This document shows, piece after piece, positions 52,088 through 61,941 of a stretch of DNA of 64,000 nucleotides (its first letter is position 1; every line of letters starts with the position of its first letter). The stretch is from a candidate division CPR3 bacterium GWF2_35_18. GTDB lineage: Bacteria > Patescibacteriota > CPR3 > GWF2-35-18. The notes beneath the pieces were generated by a model that ran no database searches, was not told where the DNA came from, and worked only from the letters and a program-made list of their open reading frames with translations. The position numbers and the translations under genes are program-made. The stretch spans positions 69,315 to 133,314 of the forward strand of contig MESW01000002.1 in assembly GCA_001771135.1 (NCBI GenBank). The letters are read 5' to 3'.

Positions 52088-53509
52088 ATGAATCACCAAA
52101 ACCTGTTGTATAAAATTCCCCCGGAAATATTGAAAGTCATAAATGATCTAAAGACAGCTTCTTTTGAAGCTTATTTAGTGGGTGGTTGTGTTCGCGATCT
52201 ACTTCTAAACAACCCTCCCAAAGATTACGATATTGCAACCAATGCCAAACCAGAAGAAATTAGTAAGGTTTTTCCTGAATCAGTCACCACTTATGCCAAA
52301 TTCGGTACAGTCTTGGTACTTACCAAAGACGAACACAAAGAAACTCATCCGGTGGAAGTAACTACTTATCGGAGTGAGATGGATTATCGAGATGGTCGTT
52401 GGCCGATGAAAGTAGAATTTACTTCAAAGCTGTCAAAAGATTTGGGAAGAAGAGATTTTACCATCAATGCTCTAGCCATGGAAATCAAAGATAACGAAAC
52501 GGATATCATAGACCTTTTTAATGGAGTAAGTGATTTACATAAAGGAGTAATTAGAGCTGTAGGAACACCACAATTGCGAATGGAAGAAGATGGATTACGT
52601 GGATTTCGAGCCTGCCGTTTAGCTTCAACTTTAGAATTCGAGGTCGAAGGGGAAACATTTAGTGCGATCAGTAAGGCAAAATCTGTTTCTGCTCAAGTTT
52701 CGGTGGAGAGGATTCGGGATGAATTTATACGACTTCTGATGGAATCACATAAACCTTCAATTGGAATTGAACTGTTACGAAGAACCGGTCTTTTAGAACT
52801 CTTTCTTCCCGAATTACTTGAAGGAATTGGAGTGACGCAGCCGGAATATCATGTCGATGATGTTTATCACCATTTACTTGCGTGCGTTGATGTGGCTCTT
52901 GATGAGTTAAAATTAGCGGCACTTTTTCATGATATTGGTAAGCCACGCGTTAAAAATGTAGAATTTGAGCAAAAGTATTTACAGCGTCTTCTCAAAAAGG
53001 GAAAGGTAATTCCTAAACATCACTTTTTCGGACATGATGAAGAATCAGCGCGTATGACGGAGGAGATTTTAGTGAGAATGAAATTTCCAAAGGTTGAAAT
53101 TAAAAAAACTGTTTCTTTAGTACGTTGGCACATGTTTTACTATCAGGACGAATGGAGTGATGGAGCTGTGCGTCGATTTATCAAAAGAGTTGGGGGTGAA
53201 GAGAATGTAGATTTGCTTTTCAAGTTGCGGATAGCGGATGCGGATTCAAATCCAAAATCGGAGTTTACCCCTGCGGAAATTCAAAAGTTGGAAGAACGGA
53301 TTGCCGAAGTTAGAGCTAAAGAGATGATTCTATCAGTAAATGATTTAGCTATTAATGGGAAAGATTTAATGGGATTAGGAGTCCCTGAAGGACCGATAAT
53401 CGGTCAAATATTACAACACTTATTAAAAGAGGTTATTGAAGATCCGATTTTGAATGAGAGGGAAAAATTATTATCTATCTCTAAAAATCAAATTAAAAAT
53501 AAATTGTAA
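52088..53509 (+). CDS. cca: CCA tRNA nucleotidyltransferase with HD domain
   Basis: VGGCVRD...DYDIAT, RRDFTINA, EDGLR, ERIRDE, HDIGK. Confidence 0.92.
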   Translation: MNHQNLLYKIPPEILKVINDLKTASFEAYLVGGCVRDLLLNNPPKDYDIATNAKPEEISKVFPESVTTYAKFGTVLVLTKDEHKETHPVEVTTYRSEMDYRDGRWPMKVEFTSKLSKDLGRRDFTINALAMEIKDNETDIIDLFNGVSDLHKGVIRAVGTPQLRMEEDGLRGFRACRLASTLEFEVEGETFSAISKAKSVSAQVSVERIRDEFIRLLMESHKPSIGIELLRRTGLLELFLPELLEGIGVTQPEYHVDDVYHHLLACVDVALDELKLAALFHDIGKPRVKNVEFEQKYLQRLLKKGKVIPKHHFFGHDEESARMTEEILVRMKFPKVEIKKTVSLVRWHMFYYQDEWSDGAVRRFIKRVGGEENVDLLFKLRIADADSNPKSEFTPAEIQKLEERIAEVRAKEMILSVNDLAINGKDLMGLGVPEGPIIGQILQHLLKEVIEDPILNEREKLLSISKNQIKNKL

Positions 53510-53539
53510 TTTTGATGAATATTAATTTTCCTTTTGCTA

Positions 53540-53568
53540 TTGTCACTGCTAATATCTTATGCTATACT
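53540..53568 (+). promoter_or_regulatory. Promoter of rpsF-ssb-rpsR
   Basis: TTGTCA-17 nt-TATACT with extended TG. Confidence 0.6.
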
Positions 53569-53621
53569 TCTAACCTGTTAAAATCCAGTTTTAAAATTTT
53601 AGTTTAAGAGGAAGAATTTTG

Positions 53622-53918
53622 ATGAAAAATTATGAAGTTGCACTAATAATAAAACCTTCTCTAACAGATTCTGAAGTAAAATCATTTATATTGAATTTAG
53701 AAAAGTTTATCCAGAACGATTCTAAAGGTAAGATTCTAGAAAAAGAAGATTGGGGTCGAAGAAAATTCAGTTATCGGATAAAAAAAGAAGATATGGGATA
53801 TTACTATTTCTTGAATTTTTCTTTAGAAGCCGAGGCTTTAGCAAAGTTTGATAAGAAATTAAGATTAGATAATAATATTTTACGATATATTATTAGTAAT
53901 ATATCTACCAAAATATAG
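53622..53918 (+). CDS. rpsF: 30S ribosomal protein S6
   Basis: MKNYE, WGRRKFSYRIKK, ILRY; synteny with ssb and rpsR. Confidence 0.95.
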   Translation: MKNYEVALIIKPSLTDSEVKSFILNLEKFIQNDSKGKILEKEDWGRRKFSYRIKKEDMGYYYFLNFSLEAEALAKFDKKLRLDNNILRYIISNISTKI

Positions 53919-54112
53919 TACAAATTTTGGTATGATCCGAATTACAAGTACTAAAATTGAAACAATTCGGATAGAATTAGACTAAATTAAAAAGGAGCAC
54001 TTTAAAGACACAGCAATTAGATTACAGTCACGGTAATAGGTCATAAATAGATTAAAAAGAACCGAAAGCCGAAAGAAAAGACTTACATTCTGTGTTTTAG
54101 TGAGCAAGAAAG

Positions 54113-54667
54113 ATGGCTACACGATCGTTAAACAAGGTAATGTTAATCGGAAATTTAACTAGAGATCCTGAACTAAGATATACTCCTTCAGGAACCCCAG
54201 TTTGTTCTTTTGGACTAGCAACCAATCGTTCTTGGGTTGCTTCTAATTCTAGCGATAGACAAGAAGAAACAGAATTTCATAGTGTTGTTGCTTGGAGTAA
54301 ATTAGCAGAGCTTTGTGCTCAGTTACTTGCTAAAGGACGTAAAGTCTATGTTGAGGGTCGATTACAAACTAGAAGCTGGGAAGCTCAAACTGGAGAGAAA
54401 AGAACTAAAACAGAAATTGTTGCTGAGGATATGATAATTTTAGATAGTAAATTCAAAAATTCAGATGGAGAACTTGTGGAAAGAGAATCAAGTAATAATC
54501 ATACCAAAGAAGCTTCTTCTGAAGAAACTCCGGTAACCGAAAATCAAACGACCGAAGTTGCTCCAACAGAAACTGTTTCTGAAGAACAGGCTCCACAAGC
54601 TACCAATGAAGAAAAACCAGAGGAAAATAAAAAGGAAGATATCGATCTTGATAAAATTCCTTTCTAA
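54113..54667 (+). CDS. ssb: Single-stranded DNA-binding protein
   Basis: NKVMLIGNLTRDPELRYT, VEGRLQTRSW, acidic tail ending IPF. Confidence 0.97.
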   Translation: MATRSLNKVMLIGNLTRDPELRYTPSGTPVCSFGLATNRSWVASNSSDRQEETEFHSVVAWSKLAELCAQLLAKGRKVYVEGRLQTRSWEAQTGEKRTKTEIVAEDMIILDSKFKNSDGELVERESSNNHTKEASSEETPVTENQTTEVAPTETVSEEQAPQATNEEKPEENKKEDIDLDKIPF

Positions 54668-54675
54668 AGATAAAT

Positions 54676-54948
54676 ATGACAGAAGAACAATCCAAAAACA
54701 ATAGAGAGAAAAGAGAAAAAGACAACAAAGGGTATATAAATTACTGTTATTTCTGTGTTGATGGTGAAAAAGAAATTTCGTGTAAAGATGTGGCTAAACT
54801 TAAGCGTTTCTTAAACGAAAGAGATATGGTTATTTCAAGACAAAAAACCAGACTATGTGCTTATCATCAACGAAAACTAAGTAGTAGTATTAAAAAAGCC
54901 AGATTTTTAGCGCTACTTCCTGTGGGTGGGCGTAAAAATTTAGATTAG
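54676..54948 (+). CDS. rpsR: 30S ribosomal protein S18 (Zn-binding form)
   Basis: CYFC...CAYHQRKL...IKKARFLALLP. Confidence 0.95.
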   Translation: MTEEQSKNNREKREKDNKGYINYCYFCVDGEKEISCKDVAKLKRFLNERDMVISRQKTRLCAYHQRKLSSSIKKARFLALLPVGGRKNLD

Positions 54949-55029
54949 TATTATCATTTTGTACGGTTTTAGTGTTTAAAAAACTGCCAGCCTTATTTAC
55001 TTTCTAGATAGGCGACGTTGGGTAATTCC

Positions 55030-56319
55030 ATGACTAAAAGAAGTATTATTCCAGCTTACTATCTCATAGTTGATTTAGGAGAGATAATTTCTCAGTTCTA
55101 CCTCCTTTATATTTCCGATAAATTCCAAATTGAAGTTTTTGGTCCTGTCGAAATAACAAGTGATGTCTTAAAAGCTGAAAAAGCGAATACCTATTTCGAA
55201 TCCGCGATTTTAGAGCTTCAAAAAATTTCAAATCGAAAAATAATTAGTCGTAACCTCATCCTTCTTCTAAATTCTCCTTCCAAAGGTATTAATGGAGTGT
55301 CTTTTGCAGGGAAAAAAGATTTAAATAGCAATATCGGTATTTTGAAATCTTTTAACCTATATAGTCAGAAGGAAGTTTTTGATTTACTTCTGTCCCTTTT
55401 GGAATCTTTTAATAGTGATTTTTATGTAATTGATATTGGATTGACTGATGTTTTCTATGGTTATGTAGATAAAAATCATAATCATCGTTCTTTCGTTAAA
55501 GGTGTTAGAGAGTCTCTTCTAGAGATATTGGGTGATCCGCTTAGTTTAGATAAGATTGCTTCTTTACTGCCTTTTGAAATAGATCTAAAAGAGCTAGGGA
55601 ATTATATTGCCAATAAAAGCGTTTATCTCCAAACAATCCCTCTTAATTTGCGTGATTTTACGGTAGAACAATCACTAATCAGAGAGATTGTGAGTAGAGA
55701 TAAAGTAGATTTTTTTAGGAACGAACAGTTAAATAAAGTTATTCTTTCTGGCTTGTGGATGAAAATGGCAACAAGCGTCGAGCAGATAGTTTTGACCATG
55801 ATAGATGGACTCGAGTTAACCGGAATTTCTTATCTTTATTTTGATAGACATAATCTTTTAAGAAATTGTGCTCCTATTATCTTTGATTATGAAGAAAAAA
55901 CTAAAAACTTAGTTTTACCGCAATTAATATCTCATTATGGAACAGTGATTACTCTTTTGGGTCCAATTGTAAAGGGTAAAAATATAGGAAAAGTCTATTT
56001 AGATCAAGGACTGGATGAAAAACAAGAAATTACGCTAATGGGTGGGGAAATTTATACTTTGCCTTTTACGGGGAAAATGAAATTAACTTTTGTGTTAGAT
56101 TTTATGTATGGAATATTCGACACAAACTCAGTTTTGAATAAGGCTAAAGAGGAAAGAACCATAGAAATCGAAGTCGTGGGTGGAGAGAAGGGAATCATTC
56201 TAGACGTTAGAGGTAGACCTATAACCGTAGTTGGGGGAAGAGAAGGTAAAAAGCAGATTCTCTCTTGGAATCAAGCTTTTGATATCTATCATAAAGTTCA
56301 GAAAGTAGGGGAAGATTAA
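55030..56319 (+). CDS. GlmL (glutamate mutase L)/actin-like-fold hypothetical protein
   Basis: IVDLG, VIDIG, GGEKGIILDVRGRP C-terminal motif; family assignment from memory. Confidence 0.5.
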   Translation: MTKRSIIPAYYLIVDLGEIISQFYLLYISDKFQIEVFGPVEITSDVLKAEKANTYFESAILELQKISNRKIISRNLILLLNSPSKGINGVSFAGKKDLNSNIGILKSFNLYSQKEVFDLLLSLLESFNSDFYVIDIGLTDVFYGYVDKNHNHRSFVKGVRESLLEILGDPLSLDKIASLLPFEIDLKELGNYIANKSVYLQTIPLNLRDFTVEQSLIREIVSRDKVDFFRNEQLNKVILSGLWMKMATSVEQIVLTMIDGLELTGISYLYFDRHNLLRNCAPIIFDYEEKTKNLVLPQLISHYGTVITLLGPIVKGKNIGKVYLDQGLDEKQEITLMGGEIYTLPFTGKMKLTFVLDFMYGIFDTNSVLNKAKEERTIEIEVVGGEKGIILDVRGRPITVVGGREGKKQILSWNQAFDIYHKVQKVGED

Positions 56320-57431
56320 TGTTTTCAAAGAATTCGACTCAAAGTGAATTACTTCTTTCTAAAAAGACATTGTATGAAGAGAATGTTAATCGAGAGATTG
56401 AAAGAAATTTGATTTCGGAAGGGACGATTTTCGCCAAAAAAGGTGAGTCCGTCTCTCCGGCTGATATCATCGGTGAGTGTTATGTGTCTAGAGGTTTTCG
56501 TATTTTTAATATTGCTGAAACTTTAGGTATAAAGCCAAATGAAATTAGTAATTATTTGAAAAAAGAACCAGGTTCTAAGGTTTTTAAGGGAGAAGTTTTG
56601 GCGGAGAAAAAAAGATACCTAGGAGTTCTCACAAGACAATTTATAGTTCCATGTGATGGAATTTTAGAAGGACTTAATCAAAAAGATGGTCAGTTAACAA
56701 TTCGTTTTCTTCCAGAGAAAAATAAGCTTCTTTCCGGATTTTACGGCGAAGTCCAAGAAGTCAATGAAGGAAAAAGTGTTATTCTAAAAACTGAAGTACA
56801 TGTTATTAGAGGTCAAATTGGAATGGGAATTAAAAGAGAAGGAATTTTTAATTTCATTTCAGATCATGGTGATAACATTACCCCTCTTGACGTTGATGCT
56901 CAGTATGCAAGAAAGATCTTGTTATTAGGAAGTTTGGTGTCAAAAGATATTGTCCAAAAATGCCTTGCCTTAGGAGTAAAAGGAATCATTGGAGGAGGAA
57001 TTAACTTCAAAGATTATCAAAGTTTAATAGGATCATTAAATCCACGTGAGGATGTTGGGGTAAGTATTCTGATTCTCACGGGTTTTGGAAGATCCGATAT
57101 TGATTCTAAGATAACGGGAATCTTACAAAAATATCAACATCGACATGTTATTTTAGATCCTCAGTCAAAAGAGCTATTAATTCCTTTGAGTCCAACAGAG
57201 TGGCTTAAAAAGAGATCAAAAAAGAAATCAGAAGAGATAGAATTTCTTAAAATAGGAAATGAAGTCCTAATTCTATCCTGGCCGTATCTTGGAAAACGAG
57301 GTATAATTACCGGACTTGAAGCGGAAAAAAAGAACGAATTAAGTTCTTGTGTTTCCGTTTTCGCAGCGAAAGTGAAGATCTCTGACGGAAAGGAAGTTAC
57401 CCTTCCAATTAGAAATCTGCAATTAATATAA
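56319..57431 (+). CDS. Conserved hypothetical protein (barrel-sandwich hybrid-like N-terminus, KOW-like C-terminus)
   Basis: GESVSPADIIG, GVKGIIGGGI, ILTGFG, PYLGKRG, P..NLQLI; translationally coupled (TAATG) to the upstream gene. Confidence 0.7.
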   Translation: MFSKNSTQSELLLSKKTLYEENVNREIERNLISEGTIFAKKGESVSPADIIGECYVSRGFRIFNIAETLGIKPNEISNYLKKEPGSKVFKGEVLAEKKRYLGVLTRQFIVPCDGILEGLNQKDGQLTIRFLPEKNKLLSGFYGEVQEVNEGKSVILKTEVHVIRGQIGMGIKREGIFNFISDHGDNITPLDVDAQYARKILLLGSLVSKDIVQKCLALGVKGIIGGGINFKDYQSLIGSLNPREDVGVSILILTGFGRSDIDSKITGILQKYQHRHVILDPQSKELLIPLSPTEWLKKRSKKKSEEIEFLKIGNEVLILSWPYLGKRGIITGLEAEKKNELSSCVSVFAAKVKISDGKEVTLPIRNLQLI

Positions 57432-57564
57432 CAATCGCTAAAACCAATTAATAAACTCAAACTGGTATTTCTTATTAGTTCTTTGTTTTGTATAATAAGT
57501 AGATAAATTAATTTATATTAGAATATTCTTTTAATTCTATAGAAGTTATGAGAGGTCTATTTGT

Positions 57565-58785
57565 ATGGTAAATCCAGAGTATCGAACAATAAAAGTGATC
57601 ATATATATTATTTCTGCAATTGCTTTTTTCGTAGGAGGTTTTTTTGTTGGTAATTTCCAGAAAAACTATTATATTAATTTGTCTGGGAATAAAATTACCA
57701 TTGAAAATAAATCTCAAGCAAATCAAAATGTTGATTTTTCTATTTTTTGGAAAGTCTGGGATGAGGTTAGTAACAAGTATCTTTATCAAGAAGATGTTGA
57801 TCCTCAAAAGATGGTATATGGAGCTATAAAAGGGATGGTCGCAAGTTTAGATGATCCCTACTCAATCTTCCTCGATCCAGAAGAGTTTGCACAACTTAAA
57901 GAATCAATGGCTTCAACATATGAAGGTATTGGGATAGAGATGGGTTTTAAAGATAATCAAATCGTAGTGATTACTCCATTTGAAGGTTCTCCTGCAATTA
58001 AATCTGGAATTAAAGCGGGAGATTATATCTTGAAAATCAACGATGAAATAACTACGAACATGAGTCTTTCTGAATCAGCCAGTAAGATTAGAGGAGAGAA
58101 TAAAACTAAGGTAAAACTAACGTTACAACATCAAGGAGAAAGTGATCCTTATGAAGTTGAGATTGTTAGATCAGTGATTACCTATGATACGGTTACGATT
58201 AAATTCATTGATGATGATATTGCTTATGTAAGAATTCTTCAGTTTGGAGATGATACGAACGCTCAATGGGATGATGCGATATCTGAAATCCAATCACAAA
58301 ATCCTAAAGGGGTAATCCTTGATTTGCGTAATAATCCGGGAGGATATGTTTCCTCAGCCAGCTACATTGTCGGAGATTTTGTCGGAAGTAAAGTGGCTGT
58401 AAAGCAAAAATTTTCAGATTCCCATGTTACTTCTCAGAAATCTATTAATTCAAAACAAAGATTAAAAGATTATAAAGTAATTTTGCTTCTTAATGAAGGA
58501 TCAGCCTCTGCATCGGAAATTCTAGCGGGAGCGTTGAAATATTATAATATCGTAACAATTGTAGGGGAAAAATCGTTTGGGAAAGGAATAGTTCAAGATC
58601 AAATTCCACTGTCTTCCGGAACTGGTTTACATGTTACGACTTCGGAGTGGCTTACTCCTGGAGATCAGAATATTCACAAGCAAGGGATTGAGCCAGATAT
58701 CCAGATAGAAATGACTGAAGATGACATAAAAAAGGGAATTGATCCTCAACTGGATAAAGCAAAGGAGTTAGTGTCTGTTAACTAG
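57565..58785 (+). CDS. ctpA: S41 carboxy-terminal processing protease
   Basis: LDDPYS, PDZ, DLRNNPGG, SASASE, FGKG, DPQL. Confidence 0.94.
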   Translation: MVNPEYRTIKVIIYIISAIAFFVGGFFVGNFQKNYYINLSGNKITIENKSQANQNVDFSIFWKVWDEVSNKYLYQEDVDPQKMVYGAIKGMVASLDDPYSIFLDPEEFAQLKESMASTYEGIGIEMGFKDNQIVVITPFEGSPAIKSGIKAGDYILKINDEITTNMSLSESASKIRGENKTKVKLTLQHQGESDPYEVEIVRSVITYDTVTIKFIDDDIAYVRILQFGDDTNAQWDDAISEIQSQNPKGVILDLRNNPGGYVSSASYIVGDFVGSKVAVKQKFSDSHVTSQKSINSKQRLKDYKVILLLNEGSASASEILAGALKYYNIVTIVGEKSFGKGIVQDQIPLSSGTGLHVTTSEWLTPGDQNIHKQGIEPDIQIEMTEDDIKKGIDPQLDKAKELVSVN

Positions 58786-58883
58786 TATTTAGCGATTTTA
58801 ATATAAATTTCAGATTCTATAGGGTAATCGCTATTAAGTAATTTTAAAATAGGGTATTACATGTTATTTTAGTTTACTATAGG

Positions 58884-58912
58884 TTGACAATGTTTCTTAA
58901 CTGTGGTATAAA
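58884..58912 (+). promoter_or_regulatory. Strong sigma70 promoter P1 upstream of rho
   Basis: TTGACA-17 nt-TATAAA with extended TG. Confidence 0.7.
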
Positions 58913-58919
58913 ACACGAT

Positions 58920-58955
58920 ACGGAGTCGGTGGGGGCAGTGCCGACTCCGTTTTTT
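58920..58955 (+). terminator. GC-rich hairpin and U-tract immediately after P1
   Basis: ACGGAGTCGG-tgggggcagtg-CCGACTCCGT-TTTTT. Confidence 0.8.
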
Positions 58956-59293
58956 ATAAACTCAATTTCCTTAAATTTGCAAAAAAAGTATTGAGTATAT
59001 GATCATTGACAATCAGTTTCTTTTTTGCTAACTTAGATAAAGTTACATATATATTCGTGTTTTTCCATATTGTAATATCTTTTTCCTAAATATTCCTAGA
59101 ATATTAATTAATGAAACTTTATCAATTAGGTAGAATTTCAATAAAATAAAGAGCAAGTTATCCTGTTATATACTCGATGTTTAAAGATAAAGCTAAATTT
59201 GTAAGTAATTATGATCTAGAATTCCGTTAAACTTATGAAAATTATTAAAAATACCGAGAGTTTATAAATCTCGGAGTTCATAGAAAGGTTTGT

Positions 59294-60586
59294 ATGCCAG
59301 CTAAAAAAACTGTACCATCAACTTCAAAAAAGGTTGATACTAAGATTATTAAGGTCAACGAAGAATCAAGTATTGTTCCTGTAAATAAAAATACGGAGAA
59401 CACTCTTAACAATAGTTTACCAAAAAAGAATATAAGTAGTGAAAATAATTTTTCAACGTCTTCAATGAACGATACTGTTCCTGTAGGTGGGATTTTAGAA
59501 ATTATGCCTGATGGTTATGGTTTCTTAAGACATGAAAGATTATTGCCAGGAGCTGATGATATTTATGTATCACAGTCGCAAATAAAGAGATTTGGGATGC
59601 GTATTGGAGATTCTATTGAGGGAAGAGCGAGATCTCCTCGTGAAAGTGAGAAATATCAAGGACTTTTAAAAGTCGAAAAAATAAATGGTGATGATCCAGA
59701 AAAAGCTGTTCGTAGACCATATTTTCAGAAATTAACTCCGATTTATCCAAATGAAAAAATTGTTCTGGAGACTTTTAAAGATATTTATGCAACGAGAATT
59801 ATTGATTTGATCTCTCCAATAGGTAAAGGACAGAGATCCATGATTGTTTCTCCTCCAAAAGCCGGAAAAACATTTCTTTTTAAAGAAATTGCCAAAGGAA
59901 TGTCTTATAATCATAAAGAAATTCATATGATGGCCGTTCTTATTGGAGAAAGACCGGAAGAAGTTACAGATATTAGTCGTTCTTTTGAAGGTGAGGTTAT
60001 TGCTTCAAATTTTGACGAGCCGCCACATATTCAAACTAAAGTGGCAGAGATGGCTTTGGAAAGAGCTAGACGTTTGGTAGAAATGGGAAGAGATGTTGCA
60101 ATCTTAGTAGATAGTATCACTCGTTTGGCAAGAGCATACAATCTAAATGTCCCTCCTTCAGGTCGTACTTTGTCTGGAGGTTTTGATCCAGCAGCCTTAT
60201 ATCCACCTAAACACTTTTTCGGAGCGGCTAGAAATATTGAAAACGGCGGTTCTCTAACAATTATTGCCACTGCTTTAGTTGATACCGGTTCTCGTATGGA
60301 CGATCTTATTTATGAAGAATTCAAAGGAACTGGAAACATGGAGTTACATCTGAATAGAAAGCTTGCTAATCGACGTATTTTTCCTGCTATTGATATTATG
60401 CATTCATGGACTAGACAAGAGGAACAGCTTTTTGATCCAGATACTTTGAAAAAAATCTGGAAATTACGCCGGATGTTAGATATTTTAGGTAATGAACAAG
60501 AAGGAATAGAGCTTTTGCTAGAAAGATTGTCAAAGACTAAAAACAATAAGGAATTCTTAGAAACTTTGCATAAGAATATGGAGTAA
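59294..60586 (+). CDS. rho: Transcription termination factor Rho
   Basis: DGYGFLR, DIYVSQSQI, PPKAGKT, DSITRLARAYN, EEFKGTGNME. Confidence 0.97.
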   Translation: MPAKKTVPSTSKKVDTKIIKVNEESSIVPVNKNTENTLNNSLPKKNISSENNFSTSSMNDTVPVGGILEIMPDGYGFLRHERLLPGADDIYVSQSQIKRFGMRIGDSIEGRARSPRESEKYQGLLKVEKINGDDPEKAVRRPYFQKLTPIYPNEKIVLETFKDIYATRIIDLISPIGKGQRSMIVSPPKAGKTFLFKEIAKGMSYNHKEIHMMAVLIGERPEEVTDISRSFEGEVIASNFDEPPHIQTKVAEMALERARRLVEMGRDVAILVDSITRLARAYNLNVPPSGRTLSGGFDPAALYPPKHFFGAARNIENGGSLTIIATALVDTGSRMDDLIYEEFKGTGNMELHLNRKLANRRIFPAIDIMHSWTRQEEQLFDPDTLKKIWKLRRMLDILGNEQEGIELLLERLSKTKNNKEFLETLHKNME

Positions 60587-60644
60587 GATTAATATTGTAG
60601 AGCCTAAGAGTTATTTGATAAACTTTGTTAAGTAAGTACAATAT

Positions 60645-61796
60645 ATGTCAATAAAGAGAATCGGATTACCATTCATTATTTTTATTCACTTTCTTTTTAG
60701 CTATCTAGCTAAAAATCTCCTTATTTTATGGCAAAAAATAGTTACTATTGTTAGATGGATTTTATATCAACTAAATAAATGGAATCGTTTTTTTGTGCTA
60801 CAACTTATGTGGAGAAGAGGTAAGCTGGGTCGACCATTGGGACATTTAGGGATCATTATTGTGACTCTTATGATTCTTTTTGCTAGTAGTTTCACAAGAT
60901 CTAGTAACGTTTTTTCCGATACAAATCTTGCAGCGATTCTTAAAGAAAGTGAAGTTGAAGAGGGTTTAAGTGAAGATTTTTTAATTAATTTTGCTCAAGT
61001 TAATACCAATATCCCCGCAGGGCAAAGTGCTGAAGATATTACGGAATATGAGGTAAAAGTTGGGGATACTTTATCTCTGATTGCAGAAGAAAATCATATT
61101 ACAATCGATACTTTATTAGCTGTTAATGGTTTGGGTTTAAACGATCTTTTAATGCCAGGTCAAAAATTAAAAATTTTACCTGTTTCTGGACTTGAACATA
61201 CTGTTGTTGTGGGTGATACGGTAGAATCTATTGCAACAAAATACAAACTTGATACACCACAGCCAATTATTGAAATTAATTGGTTAGAAAAACCATATGA
61301 CTTAGAAGTAGGTCAGAAACTTATTGTTCCCGGAGGGATTGTTCCAGAAGTCCCGAAACCGGTTGTGACATATGCTGCAAACAGTTATGTTTCCTCTCAA
61401 CCTTCAGTAGCTCCAGTTGCTGGTACGGGACAGTTTTTATGGCCAACCCCTGGATACATGAGTCGTGGTTATGGTTGGTTTTATGGTTATTTCCACGGAG
61501 CTATAGATATTGCAAATAACAGCTGTGGAAATCCAATTTATGCAGCGGATAGTGGTTATGTTGAAGCTTCAGGTTGGAAAGCAGGAGGATGGGGAAATGC
61601 GGTATGGCTTGATCACCAAAATGGGTATAAAAGTAAATATGCACATATGACATCAGTAGCTGTGTCTGGCGGTACTTATGTAAATAGAGGGCAACTAATT
61701 GGTTATTCCGGGCAAACAGGGATAGCTTATGGCTGTCATCTTCATTTTGTGGTTGAATTAAATGGAGTAGCTATTAATCCCCAAGCGGTATTATAA
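60645..61796 (+). CDS. LysM-containing M23 family peptidase
   Basis: Two LysM (GDTLSLIA, GDTVESIA), HGAIDIA, YAHM, HLHF. Confidence 0.93.
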   Translation: MSIKRIGLPFIIFIHFLFSYLAKNLLILWQKIVTIVRWILYQLNKWNRFFVLQLMWRRGKLGRPLGHLGIIIVTLMILFASSFTRSSNVFSDTNLAAILKESEVEEGLSEDFLINFAQVNTNIPAGQSAEDITEYEVKVGDTLSLIAEENHITIDTLLAVNGLGLNDLLMPGQKLKILPVSGLEHTVVVGDTVESIATKYKLDTPQPIIEINWLEKPYDLEVGQKLIVPGGIVPEVPKPVVTYAANSYVSSQPSVAPVAGTGQFLWPTPGYMSRGYGWFYGYFHGAIDIANNSCGNPIYAADSGYVEASGWKAGGWGNAVWLDHQNGYKSKYAHMTSVAVSGGTYVNRGQLIGYSGQTGIAYGCHLHFVVELNGVAINPQAVL

Positions 61797-61888
61797 ATTT
61801 CGTTTGGGAACGAACTTAAACTCTCATTTGTCAGCTTTTCCCTTACCGATTAAATAAATTAAGTAATTGATTCTTCGTTATATAAAAC

Positions 61889-61918
61889 AAAAAGCTCCGT
61901 TTTATACGGAGCTTTTTT
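61889..61918. terminator. Bidirectional intrinsic terminator
   Basis: AAAAAGCTCCGT-tttat-ACGGAGCTTTTTT between convergent genes. Confidence 0.88.
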
Positions 61919-61941
61919 GCTCAATTCGACCTTGATGGAAC

